From: Nemertoderma westbladi | Lineage: Eukaryota > Animalia > Xenacoelomorpha | DNA length: 58,862 bases | Direction of reading: 5' to 3' | NCBI GenBank assembly: GCA_032718475.1 | Contig: JAUCBJ010003057.1 | Span: 1-58,862 of the forward strand | Part shown: positions 10,548 through 25,500 of the stretch, piece by piece | How the letters are laid out: the number at the start of each line of letters is the position of its first letter | Position numbering within the stretch: the stretch's first letter is position 1 | The notes under the pieces: generated by a model | The model's database searches: none | The model's input: the letters and a program-made list of their open reading frames with translations, nothing else | What the model was told of the DNA's origin: nothing | Position numbers and translations under genes: made by a program

Positions 10548-13500
10548 TCAGGTGGATCTATTCATAATCAAAGAAATAATAATAAATAAAATTAATGGAA
10601 CAATCATAATTTCAGTGACAATGATTTTGGGGCGATGAGCCACGCAGTCAGTGATATAGAACACTGGTAAACGGTCGGTCAATGGTAAATATAGTATATA
10701 TGGTAAATATAGTTCGATATAAAAATATAACGAAAAAATAATATAAAAAAAGGACTGGGAGTGCATTTTATTATGTTTCACCTTGTAAGGCAATAATGGA
10801 CTTCAATTTAAAATTTTCATTTTGGTAGAACATGAGATACGCTTAGAGCATTGTGATGTTTCCAGAAACGACTGAAATGGATATTTTCTTATATTTCTTT
10901 ATTTTCTTAATCCTCTCCCTCGCATTCAGACTAATTACAGAGCTAATGTCAGAAGTTGCTAATATATATAACATAATGGTCAACCTTTACTAACTTTTAC
11001 CGTTTCTGCAACTAGGCAATGCGATTTCCAAAGCATAAAACAAGTCCATATGAGGTTTGTGTTTCAAAGGGTCGCTGCCGCCATCCAATAACAGTAGTGC
11101 TAGTCCGGTCCTGACATACTGATTTACTTTCAGTTTCGACAATGCCATCAGAGCATTGGGAGACTCATTGAGACCGATATTCTTCATTTCAACAAGAATT
11201 CCCAAAAGGTTCTTCAATCTCTGAACACAAATATTCGTCTTACTTCCGTTAAATCTCTTTATTATTTTACCCACTGGAAACTAAAAAAAAAGAAAATATG
11301 TTTTCATTAAATCTGCACCGGTAGGGTAGCCCAGTAGGTCTATCGATACTGATGAAGTTGAGTTGAAATATTCCGGGATGCAGAATATTCCAAAAAGTGA
11401 ACGATTACCGGACCAATCACTTTGCCATTGTTATGAGGAACTGGACTAACAATTCATTGTATTATTTTAATTTAAGCATTTTTTCGTTGTTAAACCGGAG
11501 ATTGTGATGATTATTTTAATAAATGTGCGCTCGTATGTATGTTAGGTTAATTACGATTATAAAACTTAACAGACAGCAAAATTTAATCTACATTTAACGT
11601 CTAACGTCTGAAACATTTTAAGTAATTTGGTTGTTTATTTCCATGTGGGTATTTAGAGATCAAACACCAACGAGTGTAATCCCGATACCCCCTCCCCCCC
11701 TCGCTCGCCCGACCCCGACCTTTTTTGAAGCCGGATATTGTTGAATATCCGATAAATAGGTGCCCTCCTATAATCTTTGTGATTTGTTCCAGCGATAAAT
11801 AGGTGCCCTCCTATAATCTTTGTGATTTGTTCTGAATATCCGATAAATAGGTGCCCTCCTATAATCTTTGTGATTTGTTCCAGCGATAAATAGGTGCCCT
11901 CCTATAATCTTTGTGATTTGTTCTGAATATCCGATAAATAGGTGCCCTCCTATAATCTTTGTGATTTGTTCTGAATATCCGATAAATAGGTGCCCTCCTA
12001 TAATCTTTGTGATTTGTTCCAGCGATAAATAGGTGCCCTCCTATAATCTTTGTGATTTGTTCCAGCGATAAATAGGTGCCCTCCTATAATCTTTGTGATT
12101 TGTTCCAGCGATAAATAGGTGCCCTCCTATAATCTTTGTGATTTGTTCTGAATATCCGATAAATAGGTGCCCTCCTATAATCTTTGTGATTTGTTCCAGC
12201 AATAAATAGGTGCCCTCCTATAATCTTTGTGATTTGTTCCAGCGATAAATAGGTGCCCTCCTATAATCTTTGTGATTTGTTCTGAATATCCGATAAATAG
12301 GTGCCCTCCTATAATCTTTGTGATTTGTTCTGAATATCCGATAAATAGGTGCCCTCCTATAATCTTTGTGATTTGTTCTGAATATCCGATAAATAGGTGC
12401 CCTACTATAATCTTTGTGATTTGTTCCAGCGATAAATAGGTGCCCTCCTATAATCTTTGTGATTTGTTCCAGCGATAAATAGGTGCCCTCCTATAATCTT
12501 TGTGATTTGTTCCAGCGATAAATAGGTGCCCTCCTATAATCTTTGTGATTTGTTCTGAATATCCGATATATAGGTGCCCTCCTATAATCTTTGTGATTTG
12601 TTCCAGCGATAAATAGGTGCCCTCCTATAATCTTTGTGATTTGTTCCAGCCCCCGTGTAGGGTCTCTGTAAGGGGCCGCGGTGTGCGTCAGTGCGCACAA
12701 ACACGTATGGACAAGACGTAAGGAGGGGAGGGACCAACGAACCAGTTTGGCCATGACGAGATGTTGGTGTAGGCACGAACTGTCGGGCGTGGTTGTGAAG
12801 GCCCGGAAGGAAGGCTGTTGAGTGTGGCGAGTCAGAGGGCGAGACGACGAAATCGCCAGGCACCGTTAGAGGTGCGCCATAGACCAGCTCAGCCGATGAG
12901 CTGTGGAGGTCCTCCTTGGGGGCTGTCCGGTAGCCGAGGAGGGTCCATGGGAGTTCATCAACCCAGTTGGGTCCGGAGAGTCGGGACCGGAGGGAGACGT
13001 TGTTGAGGGACCGGTGAAACCTCTCGACCAGACCGTTGGCCTGCGGGTGATAGGCAGTCGTCCGGTGGAGGTTAATACCGAGGAGACGGTTCACTTCAGA
13101 CCACAATTCTGAGGTGAACTGGGCACCATGGTCGGACGTCAGTTCGGCTGGGACGCCAAACAGGGCGACCCAGTGGAAAACCAGGGCACGAGCGCAGGTG
13201 GGGGTAGCAGCCTATTTAACAGAACATAGAAACGAACATCAACACCAACAGAAAACCTCATAATTGAAACGGTCTAGTATCACTCCCTGTGAAGTAGGCA
13301 CTTTGCTTTGATCTATTTTAGGTCGTTTTAATGTTAGTTTTCATCTGTGGTCGCTTTCTGGTACCCATCTCCAATATTTTTCGTGGGTGTTAACATTTTT
13401 AAAAGTTTTTATGTTTCGCTAAAATTAATTTATTTGCGGAATATATAGTTGGATTCTGATCACGATTATTGATTATAGAACTCAAAAATTTTTGAATTTT

Positions 13501-16500
13501 CAATGAGTTGATTGATGAAAGTTAGTTGATGTTGAGGAGCATTTTGAGTTGAGGTGAGAATGAGTTGATGTATGGGGGGAATGGGGGGCTCTTAAAAGTT
13601 TGGATACCCCCTGAGAACCACGCTACGTATCTGCTACCAGCTGATATTAATTAAATTATTGGAGTTGAGCTGATAATGCAACTGTAATAAAGGATATTTT
13701 AATCTTCTGCCTATTAGGCCTCATCAGTAGCGTTAACAACTGTAAAAACACCAGTTAATACAGTTGCATAGAAGCTTAACTCAAATTAATTTAATTAATA
13801 TGTAATATTTATATCAATTAATAAAAACAATTTCTCACATTTCGTCCTCTAGTGACAGACTGGAGAACTACAGGCCTTCAGTCGCCAGCGGGGTGACCAG
13901 TGGAGGGATGCGATCACTCCCATCCCACCACGTCTGATTTCGGCCTCATTCGAGACAAACAAGGGAAAGTGAATTATTGACGAAAATTCCGTCTCGGCTA
14001 ATTATTTAATATCTCGTATAGACGCATTTATCAATATAAGTTTTCAATTAATGGAAAGGAGCAGGTTACATACAGTGGCAGGTTATTTAATAATGTGAAT
14101 ATTTTTAAACCTTAAAGGCTAATACAGTATAGCAGCTATATCAGCGTTAACGCTGATATAGCGTTAAGATATAGTGTTATAGATAATTATTAGATATACT
14201 TAACTATATCTGTGATATTATTGTATCTTACTGATGTGGTTTTCCTTGGCTGTTTCCAGTGATTACACGCAAAGTCTTTTTAGTCACACATACATAATGG
14301 GAATCTAATTTGAACAAATGGGAATCTAATTGGAACATATGGGAATCTAATGGGAACAAATGGGAATCTAATTGGAACATATGGGAATCTAATGGGAACA
14401 AATGGGAATCTAATTGGAACAAATATATCTTTAATCAAATATATCTATAATCTTTGTGATTTGTTCCAGCGATAAATAGGTGCCCTCCTATAATCTTTGT
14501 GATTTGTTCCAGCGATGAATAGGTGCCCTCCTATAATCTTTGTGATTTGTTCCAGCGATAAATAGGTGCCCTCCTAAAATCTTTGTGATTTGTTCCAGCG
14601 ATAAATAGGTGCCCTCCTATAATCTTTGTGATTTGTTCCAGCGATAAATAGGTGCCCTCCTATAATCTTTGTGATTTGTTCCAGCGATAAATAGGTGCCC
14701 TCCTATAATCTTTGTGATTTGTTCCAGCGATAAATAGGTGCCTTCCTATAATCTTTGTGATTTGTTCCAGCGATAAATAGGCGCCCTCCTATAATCTTTG
14801 TGATTTGTTCTGAATATCCGATAAATAGGTGCCCTCCTATAATCTTTGTGATTTGTTCCAGCGATAAATAGGTGCCCTCCTATAATCTTTGTGATTTGTT
14901 CTGAATATCCGATAAATAGGTGCCTTCCTATAATCTTTGTGATTTGTTCCAGCGATAAATAGGTGCCCTCCTATAATCTTTGTGATTTGTTCCAGCGATA
15001 AATAGGTGCCTTCCTATAATCTTTGTGATTTGTTCCAGCGATAAATAGGTGCCCTCCTATAATCTTTGTGATTTGTTCCAGCGATAAATAGGTGCCCTCC
15101 TATAATCTTTGTGATTTGTTCTGAATATCCGATAAATAGGTGCCCTCCTATAATCTTTGTGATTTGTTCTAGCGATAAATAGGTGCCCTCCTATAATCTT
15201 TGTGATTTGTTCCAGCGATAAATAGGTGCCTTCCTATAATCTTTGTGATTTGTTCCAGCGATAAATAGGTGCCCTCCTATAATCTTTGTGATTTGTTCTG
15301 AATATCCGATAAATAGGTGCCCTCCTATAATCTTTGTGATTTGTTTCAGCGATAAATAGGTGCCCTCCTATAATCTTTGTGATTTGTTCTGAATATCCGA
15401 TAAATAGGTGCCCTCCTATAATCTTTGTGATTTGTTCTAGCGATAAATAGGTGCCCTCCTATAATCTTTGTGATTTGTTCCAGCGATAAATAGGTGCCCT
15501 CCTATAATCTTTGTGATTTGTTCCAGCGATAAATAGGTGCCCTCCTATAATCTTTGTGATTTGTTCCAACGATAAATAGGTGCCCACCTATAATCTTTGT
15601 GATTTGTTCCAGCGATAAATAGGTGCCCTCCTATAATCTTTGAGATTTGTTCTAGCGATAAATAGGTGCCCTCCTAAAATCTTTGTGATTTGTTCCAGCG
15701 ATAAATAGGTGCCCTCCTATAATCTTTGTGATATGTTCCAGCGATAAATAGGTGCCCTCCTATAATCTTTGTGATTTGTTCCAGCGGTAAATAGGTGCCC
15801 TCCTATAATCTTTGTGATTTGTTCTAGCGATAAATAGGTGTCCTCCTATAATCTTTGTGATTTGTTCCAGCGATAAATAGGTGCCCTCCTATAATCTTTG
15901 TGATTTGTTCTGAATATCCGATAAATAGGTGCCCTCCTATAATCTTTGTGATTTGTTCCAGCGATAAATAGGTGCCCTCCTATAATCTTTGTGATTTGTT
16001 CTGAATATCCGATAAATAGGTGCCCTCCTATAATCTTTGTGATTTGTTCCAGCGATAAATAGGTGCCCTCCTATAATCTTTGTGATTTGTTCCAGCGATA
16101 AATAGGTGCCCTCCTATAATCTTTGTGATTTGTTCCAGCGATGAATAGGTGCCCTCCTATAATCTTTGTGATTTGTTCCAGCGATAAATAGGTGCCCTCC
16201 TATAATTTTTGTGATTTGTTCCAGCGATGAATAGGTGCCCTCCTATAATCTTTGTGATTTGTTCCAGCGATGAATAGGTGCCCTCCTATAATCTTTGTGA
16301 TTTGTTCCAGCGATAAATAGGTGCCCTCCTATAATCTTTGTGATTTGTTCCAGCGATGAATAGGTGCCCTCCTATAATCTTTGTGATTTGTTCCAGCGAT
16401 AAATAGGTGCCCTCCTATAATCTTTGTGATTTGTTCCAGCGATGAATAGGTGCCCTCCTATAATCTTTGTGATTTGTTCCAGCGATAAATAGGTGCCCTC

Positions 16501-19500
16501 CTATAATCTTTGTGATTTGTTCCAGCGATGAATAGGTGCCCTCCTATAATCTTTGTGATTTGTTCCAGCGATGAATAGGTGCCCTCCTATAATCTTTGTG
16601 ATTTGTTCCAGCGATAAATAGGTGCCCTCCTATAATCTTTGTGATTTGTTCCAGCGATAAATAGGTGTCCTCCTATAATCTTTGTGATTTGTTCTGAATA
16701 TCCGATAAATAGGTGCCTTCCTATAATCTTTGTGATTTGTTCCAGCGATAAATAGGTGCCCACCTATAATCTTTGTGATTTGTTCTGAATATCCGATATA
16801 TAGGTGCCCTCCTATAATCTTTGTGATTTGTTCTAGCGATAAATAGGTGCCCTCCTATAATCTTTGTGATTTGTTCCAGCGATAAATAGGTGCCCTCCTA
16901 TAATCTTTGTGATTTGTTCTGAATATCCGATAAATAGGTGCCCTCCTATAATCTTTGTGATATGTTCTAGCGATAAATAGGCGCCCTCCTATAATCTTTG
17001 TGATTTGTTCTGAATATCCGATAAATAGGTGCCCTCCTATAATCTTTGTGATATGTTCTAGCGATAAATAGGCGCCCTCCTATAATCTTTGTGATTTGTT
17101 CCGAATATCCGATAAATAGGTGCCCTCCTATAATCTTTGTGATATGTTCTAGCGATAAATAGGCGCCCTCCTATAATCTTTGTGATTTGTTCTGAATATC
17201 CGATAAATAGGTGCCCTCCTATAATCTTTGTGATATGTTCTAGCGATAAATAGGTGCCCTCCTATAATCTTTGTGATTTGTTCCAGCGATAAATAGGTGC
17301 CCTCCTATAATCTTTGTGATTTGTTCTGAATATCCGATATATAGGTGCCCTCCTATAATCTTTGTGATTTGTTCCAGCGATAAATAGGTGCCCTCCTATA
17401 ATCTTTGTGATTTGTTCCAGCGATAAATAGGTGCCCTCCTATAATCTTTGTGATTTGTTCTGAATATCCGATAAATAGGTGCCCTCCTATAATCTTTGTG
17501 ATATGTTCTAGCGATAAATAGGTGCCCTCCTATAATCTTTGTGATTTGTTCCAGCGATAAATAGGTGCCCTCCTATAATCTTTGTGATTTGTTCTGAATA
17601 TCCGATAAATAGGTGCCCTCCTATAATCTTTGTGATTTGTTCTGAATATCCGATATATAGGTGCCCTCCTATAATCTTTGTGATATGTTCTAGCGATAAA
17701 TAGGCGCCCTCCTATAATCTTTGTGATTTGTTCTGAATATCCGATAAATAGGTGCCCTCCTATAATCTTTGTGATATGTTCTAGCGATAAATAGGTGCCC
17801 TCCTATAATCTTTGTGATTTGTTCTGAATATCCGATAAATAGGTGCCCTCCTATAATCTTTGTGATATGTTCTAGCGATAAATAGGTGCCCTCCTATAAT
17901 CTTTGTGATTTGTTCCAGCGATAAATAGGTGCCCTCCTATAATCTTTGTGATTTGTTCTGAATATCCGATAAATAGGTGCCCTCCTATAATCTTTGTGAT
18001 ATGTTCTAGCGATAAATAGGTGCCCTCCTATAATCTTTGTGATTTGTTCCAGCGTTAAATAGGCGCCCTCCTATAATCTTTGTGATTTGTTCTGAATATC
18101 CGATATATAGGTGCCCTCCTATAATCTTTGTGATTTGTTCCAGCGATAAATAGGTGCCCTCCTATAATCTTTGTGATTTGTTCTGAATATCCGATAAATA
18201 GGTGCCCTCCTATAATCTTTGTGATATGTTCTAGCGATAAATAGGTGCCCTCCTATAATCTTTGTGATTTGTTCCAGCGATAAATAGGTGCCCTCCTATA
18301 ATCTTTGTGATTTGTTCTGAATATCCGATAAATAGGTGCCCTCCTATAATCTTTGTGATTTGTTCCAGCGATAAATAGGTGCCCTCCTATAATCTTTGTG
18401 ATTTGTTCTGAATATCCGATATATAGGTGCCCTCCTATAATCTTTGTGATTTGTTCCAGCGATAAATAGGTGCCCTCCTATAATCTTTGTGATTTGTTCT
18501 GAATATCCGATAAATAGGTGCCCTCCTATAATCTTTGTGATTTGTTCTGAATATCCGATATATAGGTGCCCTCCTATAATCTTTGTGATTTGTTCTAGCG
18601 ATAAATAGGTGCCCTCCTATAATCTTTGTGATTTGTTCTGAATATCCGATATATAGGTGCCCTCCTATAATCTTTGTGATTTGTTCCAGCGATAAATAGG
18701 TGCCCTCCTATAATCTTTGTCATTTGTTCTGAAAATCCGATAAATAGGTGCCCTCCTATAATCTTTGTGATATGTTCTAGCGATAAATAGGTGCCCTCCT
18801 ATAATCTTTGTGATTTGTTCCAGCGATAAATAGGTGCCCTCCTATAATCTTTGTGATTTGTTCCAGCGATAAATAGGTGCCCTCCTATAATCTTTGTGAT
18901 TTGTTCTGAATATCCGATAAATAGGTGCCCTCCTATAATCTTTGTGATATGTTCTAGCGATAAATAGGTGCCCTCCTATAATCTTTGTGATTTGTTCCAG
19001 CGATAAATAGGTGCCCTCCTATAATCTTTGTGATTTGTTCTGAATATCCGATAAATAGGTGCCCTCCTATAATCTTTGTGATTTGTTCCAGCGATAAATA
19101 GGTGCCCTCCTATAATCTTTGTGATTTGTTCTGAATATCCGATATATAGGTGCCCTCCTATAATCTTTGTGATTTGTTCCAGCGATAAATAGGTGCCCTC
19201 CTATAATCTTTGTGATTTGTTCTGAATATCCGATAAATAGGTGCCCTCCTATAATCTTTGTGATTTGTTCTGAATATCCGATATATAGGTGCCCTCCTAT
19301 AATCTTTGTGATTTGTTCTAGCGATAAATAGGTGCCCTCCTATAATCTTTGTGATTTGTTCTGAATATCCGATATATAGGTGCCCTACTATAATCTTTGT
19401 GATTTGTTCCAGCGATAAATAGGTGCCCTCCTATAATCTTTGTCATTTGTTCTGAATATCCGATATATAGGATAGGTGCCCTCCTATAATCTTTGTGATT

Positions 19501-22500
19501 TGTTCCAGCGATAAATAGGTGCCCTACTATAATCTTTGTGATTTGTTCCAGCGATAAATAGGTGCCCTCCTATAATCTTTGTCATTTGTTCTGAATATCC
19601 GATATATAGGTGCCCTCCTATAATCTTTGTGATTTGTTCCAGCGATAAATAGGTGCCCTCCTATAATCTTTGTGATTTGTTCCAGCGATAAATAGGTGCC
19701 CTACTATAATCTTTGTGATTTGTTCCAGCGATAAATAGGTGCCTTCCTATAATCTTTGTGATTTGTTCCAGCGATAAATAGGCGCCCTCCTATAATCTTT
19801 GTGATTTGTTCTGAATATCCGATATATAGGTGCCCTCCTATAATCTTTGTGATTTGTTCCAGCGATAAATAGGTGCCCTCCTATAATCTTTGTGATTTGT
19901 TCCAGCGATAAATAGGTGCCTTCCTATAATCTTTGTGATTTGTTCCAGCGATAAATAGGTGCCCTCCTATAATCTTTGTGATTTGTTCTGAATATCCGAT
20001 AAATAGGTGCCCTCCTATAATCTTTGTGATTTGTTCTGAATATCCGATAAATAGGTGCCCTCCTATAATCTTTGTGATTTGTTCCAGCGATATATAGGTG
20101 CCCTCCTATAATCTTTGTGATTTGTTCCAGCGATAAATAGGTGCCCTCCTATAATCTTTGTGATTTGTTCTGAATATCCGATAAATAGGTGCCCTCCTAT
20201 AATCTTTGTGATTTGTTCTGAATATCCGATAAATAGGTGCCCTCCTATAATCTTTGTGATTTGTTCCAGCGATAAATAGGTGCCCTCCTATAATCTTTGT
20301 GATTTGTTCCAGCGATAAATAGGTGCCCTCCTATAATCTTTGTCATTTGTTCTGAATATCCGATATATAGGTGCCCTCCTATAATCTTTGTGATTTGTTC
20401 TGAATATCCGATAAATAGGTGCCCTCCTATAATCTTTGTGATTTGTTCCAGCGATATATAGGTGCCCTCCTATAATCTTTGTGATTTGTTCTGAATATCC
20501 GATATATAGGTGCCCTCCTATAATCTTTGTGATTTGTTCTGAATATCCGATAAATAGGTGCCCTCATATAATCTTTGTGATTTGTTCTGAATATCCGATA
20601 AATAGATGCCTTCCTATAATCTTTGTGATTTGTTCTGAATATCCGATAAATAGGGGCCCTCCTATAATCTTTGTGATTTGTTCCAGCGATAAATAGGTGC
20701 CCTCCTATAATCTTTGTGATTTGTTCCAGCGATAAATAGGTGCCCTCCTATAATCTTTGTGATTTGTTCTGAATATCCGATAAATAGATGCCTTCCTATA
20801 ATCTTTGTGATTTGTTCTGAATATCCGATAAATAGGTGCCCTCCTATAATCGTTGTGATTTGTTCCAGCGATAAATAGGTGCCCTACTATAATCTTTGTG
20901 ATTTGTTCTAGCGATAAATAGGTGCCCTCCTATAATCTTTGTGATTTGTTCCAGCGATAAATAGGTGCCCTCCTATAATCTTTGTGATTTGTTCCAGCGA
21001 TAAATAGGTGCCCTCCTATAATCTTTGTGATTTGTTCTGAATATCCGATAAATAGGTGCCCTCCTATAATCTTTGTGATTTGTTCTGAATATCGGATATA
21101 TAGGTGCCTTCCTATAATCTTTGTGATTTGTTCTAGCGATAAATAGGTGCCCTCCTATAATCTTTGTGATTTGTTCCAGCGATAAATAGGTGCCCTCCTA
21201 TAATCTTTGTGATTTGTTCTGAATATCCGATAAATAGGTGCCCTCCTATAATCTTTGTGATTTGTTCTGAATATCCGATATATAGGTGCCTTCCTATAAT
21301 CTTTGTGATTTGTTCTAGCGATAAATAGGTGCCCTCCTATAATCTTTGTGATTTGTTCCAGCGATAAATAGGTGCCCTCCTATAATCTTTGTTATTTGTT
21401 CCAGCGATAAATAGGTGCCCTCCTATAATCTTTGTGATTTGTTCCAGCGATAAATAGGTGCCCTCCTATAATCTTTGTTATTTGTTCCAGCGATAAATAG
21501 GTGCCCTCCTATAATCTTTGTTATTTGTTCCAGCGATAAATAGGTGCCCTCCTATAATCTTTGTGATTTGTTCCAGCGATAAATAGGTGCCCTCCTATAA
21601 TCTTTGTTATTTGTTCTGAATATCCGATAAATAGGTGCCCTCCTATAATCTTTGTGATATGTTCTAGCGATAAATAGGTGCCCTCCTATAATCTTTGTGA
21701 TTTGTTCCAGCGATAAATAGGTGCCCTCCTATAATCTTTGTGATTTGTTCTGAATATCCGATAAATAGGTGCCCTCCTATAATCTTTGTGATTTGTTCCA
21801 GCGATAAATAGGTGCCCTCCTATAATCTTTGTGATTTGTTCTGAATATCCGATATATAGGTGCCCTCCTATAATCTTTGTGATTTGTTCCAGCGATAAAT
21901 AGGTGCCCTCCTATAATCTTTGTGATTTGTTCTGAATATCCGATAAATAGGTGCCCTCCTATAATCTTTGTGATTTGTTCTGAATATCCGATATATAGGT
22001 GCCCTCCTATAATCTTTGTGATTTGTTCTAGCGATAAATAGGTGCCCTCCTATAATCTTTGTGATTTGTTCTGAATATCCGATATATAGGTGCCCTACTA
22101 TAATCTTTGTGATTTGTTCCAGCGATAAATAGGTGCCCTCCTATAATCTTTGTCATTTGTTCTGAATATCCGATATATAGGATAGGTGCCCTCCTATAAT
22201 CTTTGTGATTTGTTCCAGCGATAAATAGGTGCCCTACTATAATCTTTGTGATTTGTTCCAGCGATAAATAGGTGCCCTCCTATAATCTTTGTCATTTGTT
22301 CTGAATATCCGATATATAGGTGCCCTCCTATAATCTTTGTGATTTGTTCCAGCGATAAATAGGTGCCCTCCTATAATCTTTGTGATTTGTTCCAGCGATA
22401 AATAGGTGCCCTACTATAATCTTTGTGATTTGTTCCAGCGATAAATAGGTGCCTTCCTATAATCTTTGTGATTTGTTCCAGCGATAAATAGGCGCCCTCC

Positions 22501-25500
22501 TATAATCTTTGTGATTTGTTCTGAATATCCGATATATAGGTGCCCTCCTATAATCTTTGTGATTTGTTCCAGCGATAAATAGGTGCCCTCCTATAATCTT
22601 TGTGATTTGTTCCAGCGATAAATAGGTGCCTTCCTATAATCTTTGTGATTTGTTCCAGCGATAAATAGGTGCCCTCCTATAATCTTTGTGATTTGTTCTG
22701 AATATCCGATAAATAGGTGCCCTCCTATAATCTTTGTGATTTGTTCTGAATATCCGATAAATAGGTGCCCTCCTATAATCTTTGTGATTTGTTCCAGCGA
22801 TATATAGGTGCCCTCCTATAATCTTTGTGATTTGTTCCAGCGATAAATAGGTGCCCTCCTATAATCTTTGTGATTTGTTCTGAATATCCGATAAATAGGT
22901 GCCCTCCTATAATCTTTGTGATTTGTTCTGAATATCCGATAAATAGGTGCCCTCCTATAATCTTTGTGATTTGTTCCAGCGATAAATAGGTGCCCTCCTA
23001 TAATCTTTGTGATTTGTTCCAGCGATAAATAGGTGCCCTCCTATAATCTTTGTCATTTGTTCTGAATATCCGATATATAGGTGCCCTCCTATAATCTTTG
23101 TGATTTGTTCTGAATATCCGATAAATAGGTGCCCTCCTATAATCTTTGTGATTTGTTCCAGCGATATATAGGTGCCCTCCTATAATCTTTGTGATTTGTT
23201 CTGAATATCCGATATATAGGTGCCCTCCTATAATCTTTGTGATTTGTTCTGAATATCCGATAAATAGGTGCCCTCATATAATCTTTGTGATTTGTTCTGA
23301 ATATCCGATAAATAGATGCCTTCCTATAATCTTTGTGATTTGTTCTGAATATCCGATAAATAGGGGCCCTCCTATAATCTTTGTGATTTGTTCCAGCGAT
23401 AAATAGGTGCCCTCCTATAATCTTTGTGATTTGTTCCAGCGATAAATAGGTGCCCTCCTATAATCTTTGTGATTTGTTCTGAATATCCGATAAATAGATG
23501 CCTTCCTATAATCTTTGTGATTTGTTCTGAATATCCGATAAATAGGTGCCCTCCTATAATCGTTGTGATTTGTTCCAGCGATAAATAGGTGCCCTACTAT
23601 AATCTTTGTGATTTGTTCTAGCGATAAATAGGTGCCCTCCTATAATCTTTGTGATTTGTTCCAGCGATAAATAGGTGCCCTCCTATAATCTTTGTGATTT
23701 GTTCCAGCGATAAATAGGTGCCCTCCTATAATCTTTGTGATTTGTTCTGAATATCCGATAAATAGGTGCCCTCCTATAATCTTTGTGATTTGTTCTGAAT
23801 ATCGGATATATAGGTGCCTTCCTATAATCTTTGTGATTTGTTCTAGCGATAAATAGGTGCCCTCCTATAATCTTTGTGATTTGTTCCAGCGATAAATAGG
23901 TGCCCTCCTATAATCTTTGTGATTTGTTCTGAATATCCGATAAATAGGTGCCCTCCTATAATCTTTGTGATTTGTTCTGAATATCCGATATATAGGTGCC
24001 TTCCTATAATCTTTGTGATTTGTTCTAGCGATAAATAGGTGCCCTCCTATAATCTTTGTGATTTGTTCCAGCGATAAATAGGTGCCCTCCTATAATCTTT
24101 GTTATTTGTTCCAGCGATAAATAGGTGCCCTCCTATAATCTTTGTGATTTGTTCCAGCGATAAATAGGTGCCCTCCTATAATCTTTGTTATTTGTTCCAG
24201 CGATAAATAGGTGCCCTCCTATAATCTTTGTTATTTGTTCCAGCGATAAATAGGTGCCCTCCTATAATCTTTGTGATTTGTTCCAGCGATAAATAGGTGC
24301 CCTCCTATAATCTTTGTTATTTGTTCCAGCGATAAATAGGTGCCCTCCTATAATCTTTGTGATTTGTTCCAGCGATAAATAGGTGCCCTCCTATAATCTT
24401 TGTGATTTGTTCTGAATATCCGATATATAGGTGCCCTACTATAATCTTTGTGATTTGTTCTGAATATCCGATATATAGGTGCCCTCCTATAATCTTTGTG
24501 ATTTGTTCCAGCGATAAATAGGTGCCCTACTATAATCTTTGTGATTTGTTCCAGCGATAAATAGGTGCCCTCCTATAATCTTTGTTATTTGTTCCAGCGA
24601 TAAATAGGTGCCCTCCTATAATCTTTGTGATTTGTTCCAGCGATAAATAGGTGCCCTCCTATAATCTTTGTGATTTGTTCTGAATATCCGATATATAGGT
24701 GCCCTCCTATAATCTTTGTGATTTGTTCCAGCGATAAATAGGTGCCCTCCTATAATCTTTGTGATTTGTTCTGAATATCCGATATATAGGTGCCCTCCTA
24801 TAATCTTTGTGATTTGTTCCAGCGATAAATAGGTGCCCTCCTATAATCTTTGTGATTTGTTCCAGCGATAAATAGGTGCCCTCCTATAATCTTTGTGATT
24901 TGTTCTAGCGATAAATAGGTGCCCTCCTATAATCTTTGTGATTTGTTCTGAATATCCGATATATAGGTGCCCTACTATAATCTTTGTGATTTGTTCCAGC
25001 GATAAATAGGTGCCCTCCTATAATCTTTGTTATTTGTTCCAGCGATAAATAGGTGCCCTCCTATAATCTTTGTGATTTGTTCCAGCGATAAATAGGTGCC
25101 CTCCTATAATCTTTGTGATTTGTTCTGAATATCCGATATATAGGTGCCCTCCTATAATCTTTGTGATTTGTTCCAGGGATAAATAGGTGCCCTCCTATAA
25201 TCTTTGTGATTTGTTCTGAATATCCGATATATAGGTGCCCTCCTATAATCTTTGTGATTTGTTCCAGCGATAAATAGGTGCCCTCCTATAATCTTTGTGA
25301 TTTGTTCCAGCGATAAATAGGTGCCCTCCTATAATCTTTGTGATTTGTTCTAGCGATAAATAGACGCCCTCCTATAATCTTTGTGATTTGTTCTGAATAT
25401 CCGATATATAGGTGCCCTCCTATAATCTTTGTGATTTGTTCCAGCGATAAATAGGTGCCCTCCTATAATCTTTGTGATTTGTTCTAGCGATAAATAGGTG

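Noticed and set aside
13850-13972. Possible plus-strand exon in the array island
   Set aside because: GC-richer patch with a possible acceptor, but no recognisable peptide and no partner exons.
20481-23406. ORFs MICSEYPIYRCPPIIFV... (also 12491-12754, 14228-14422, 55351-57979)
   Set aside because: Chance open frames through tandem repeats (runs of 48-bp or 21-bp units, or 70-bp unit variants).
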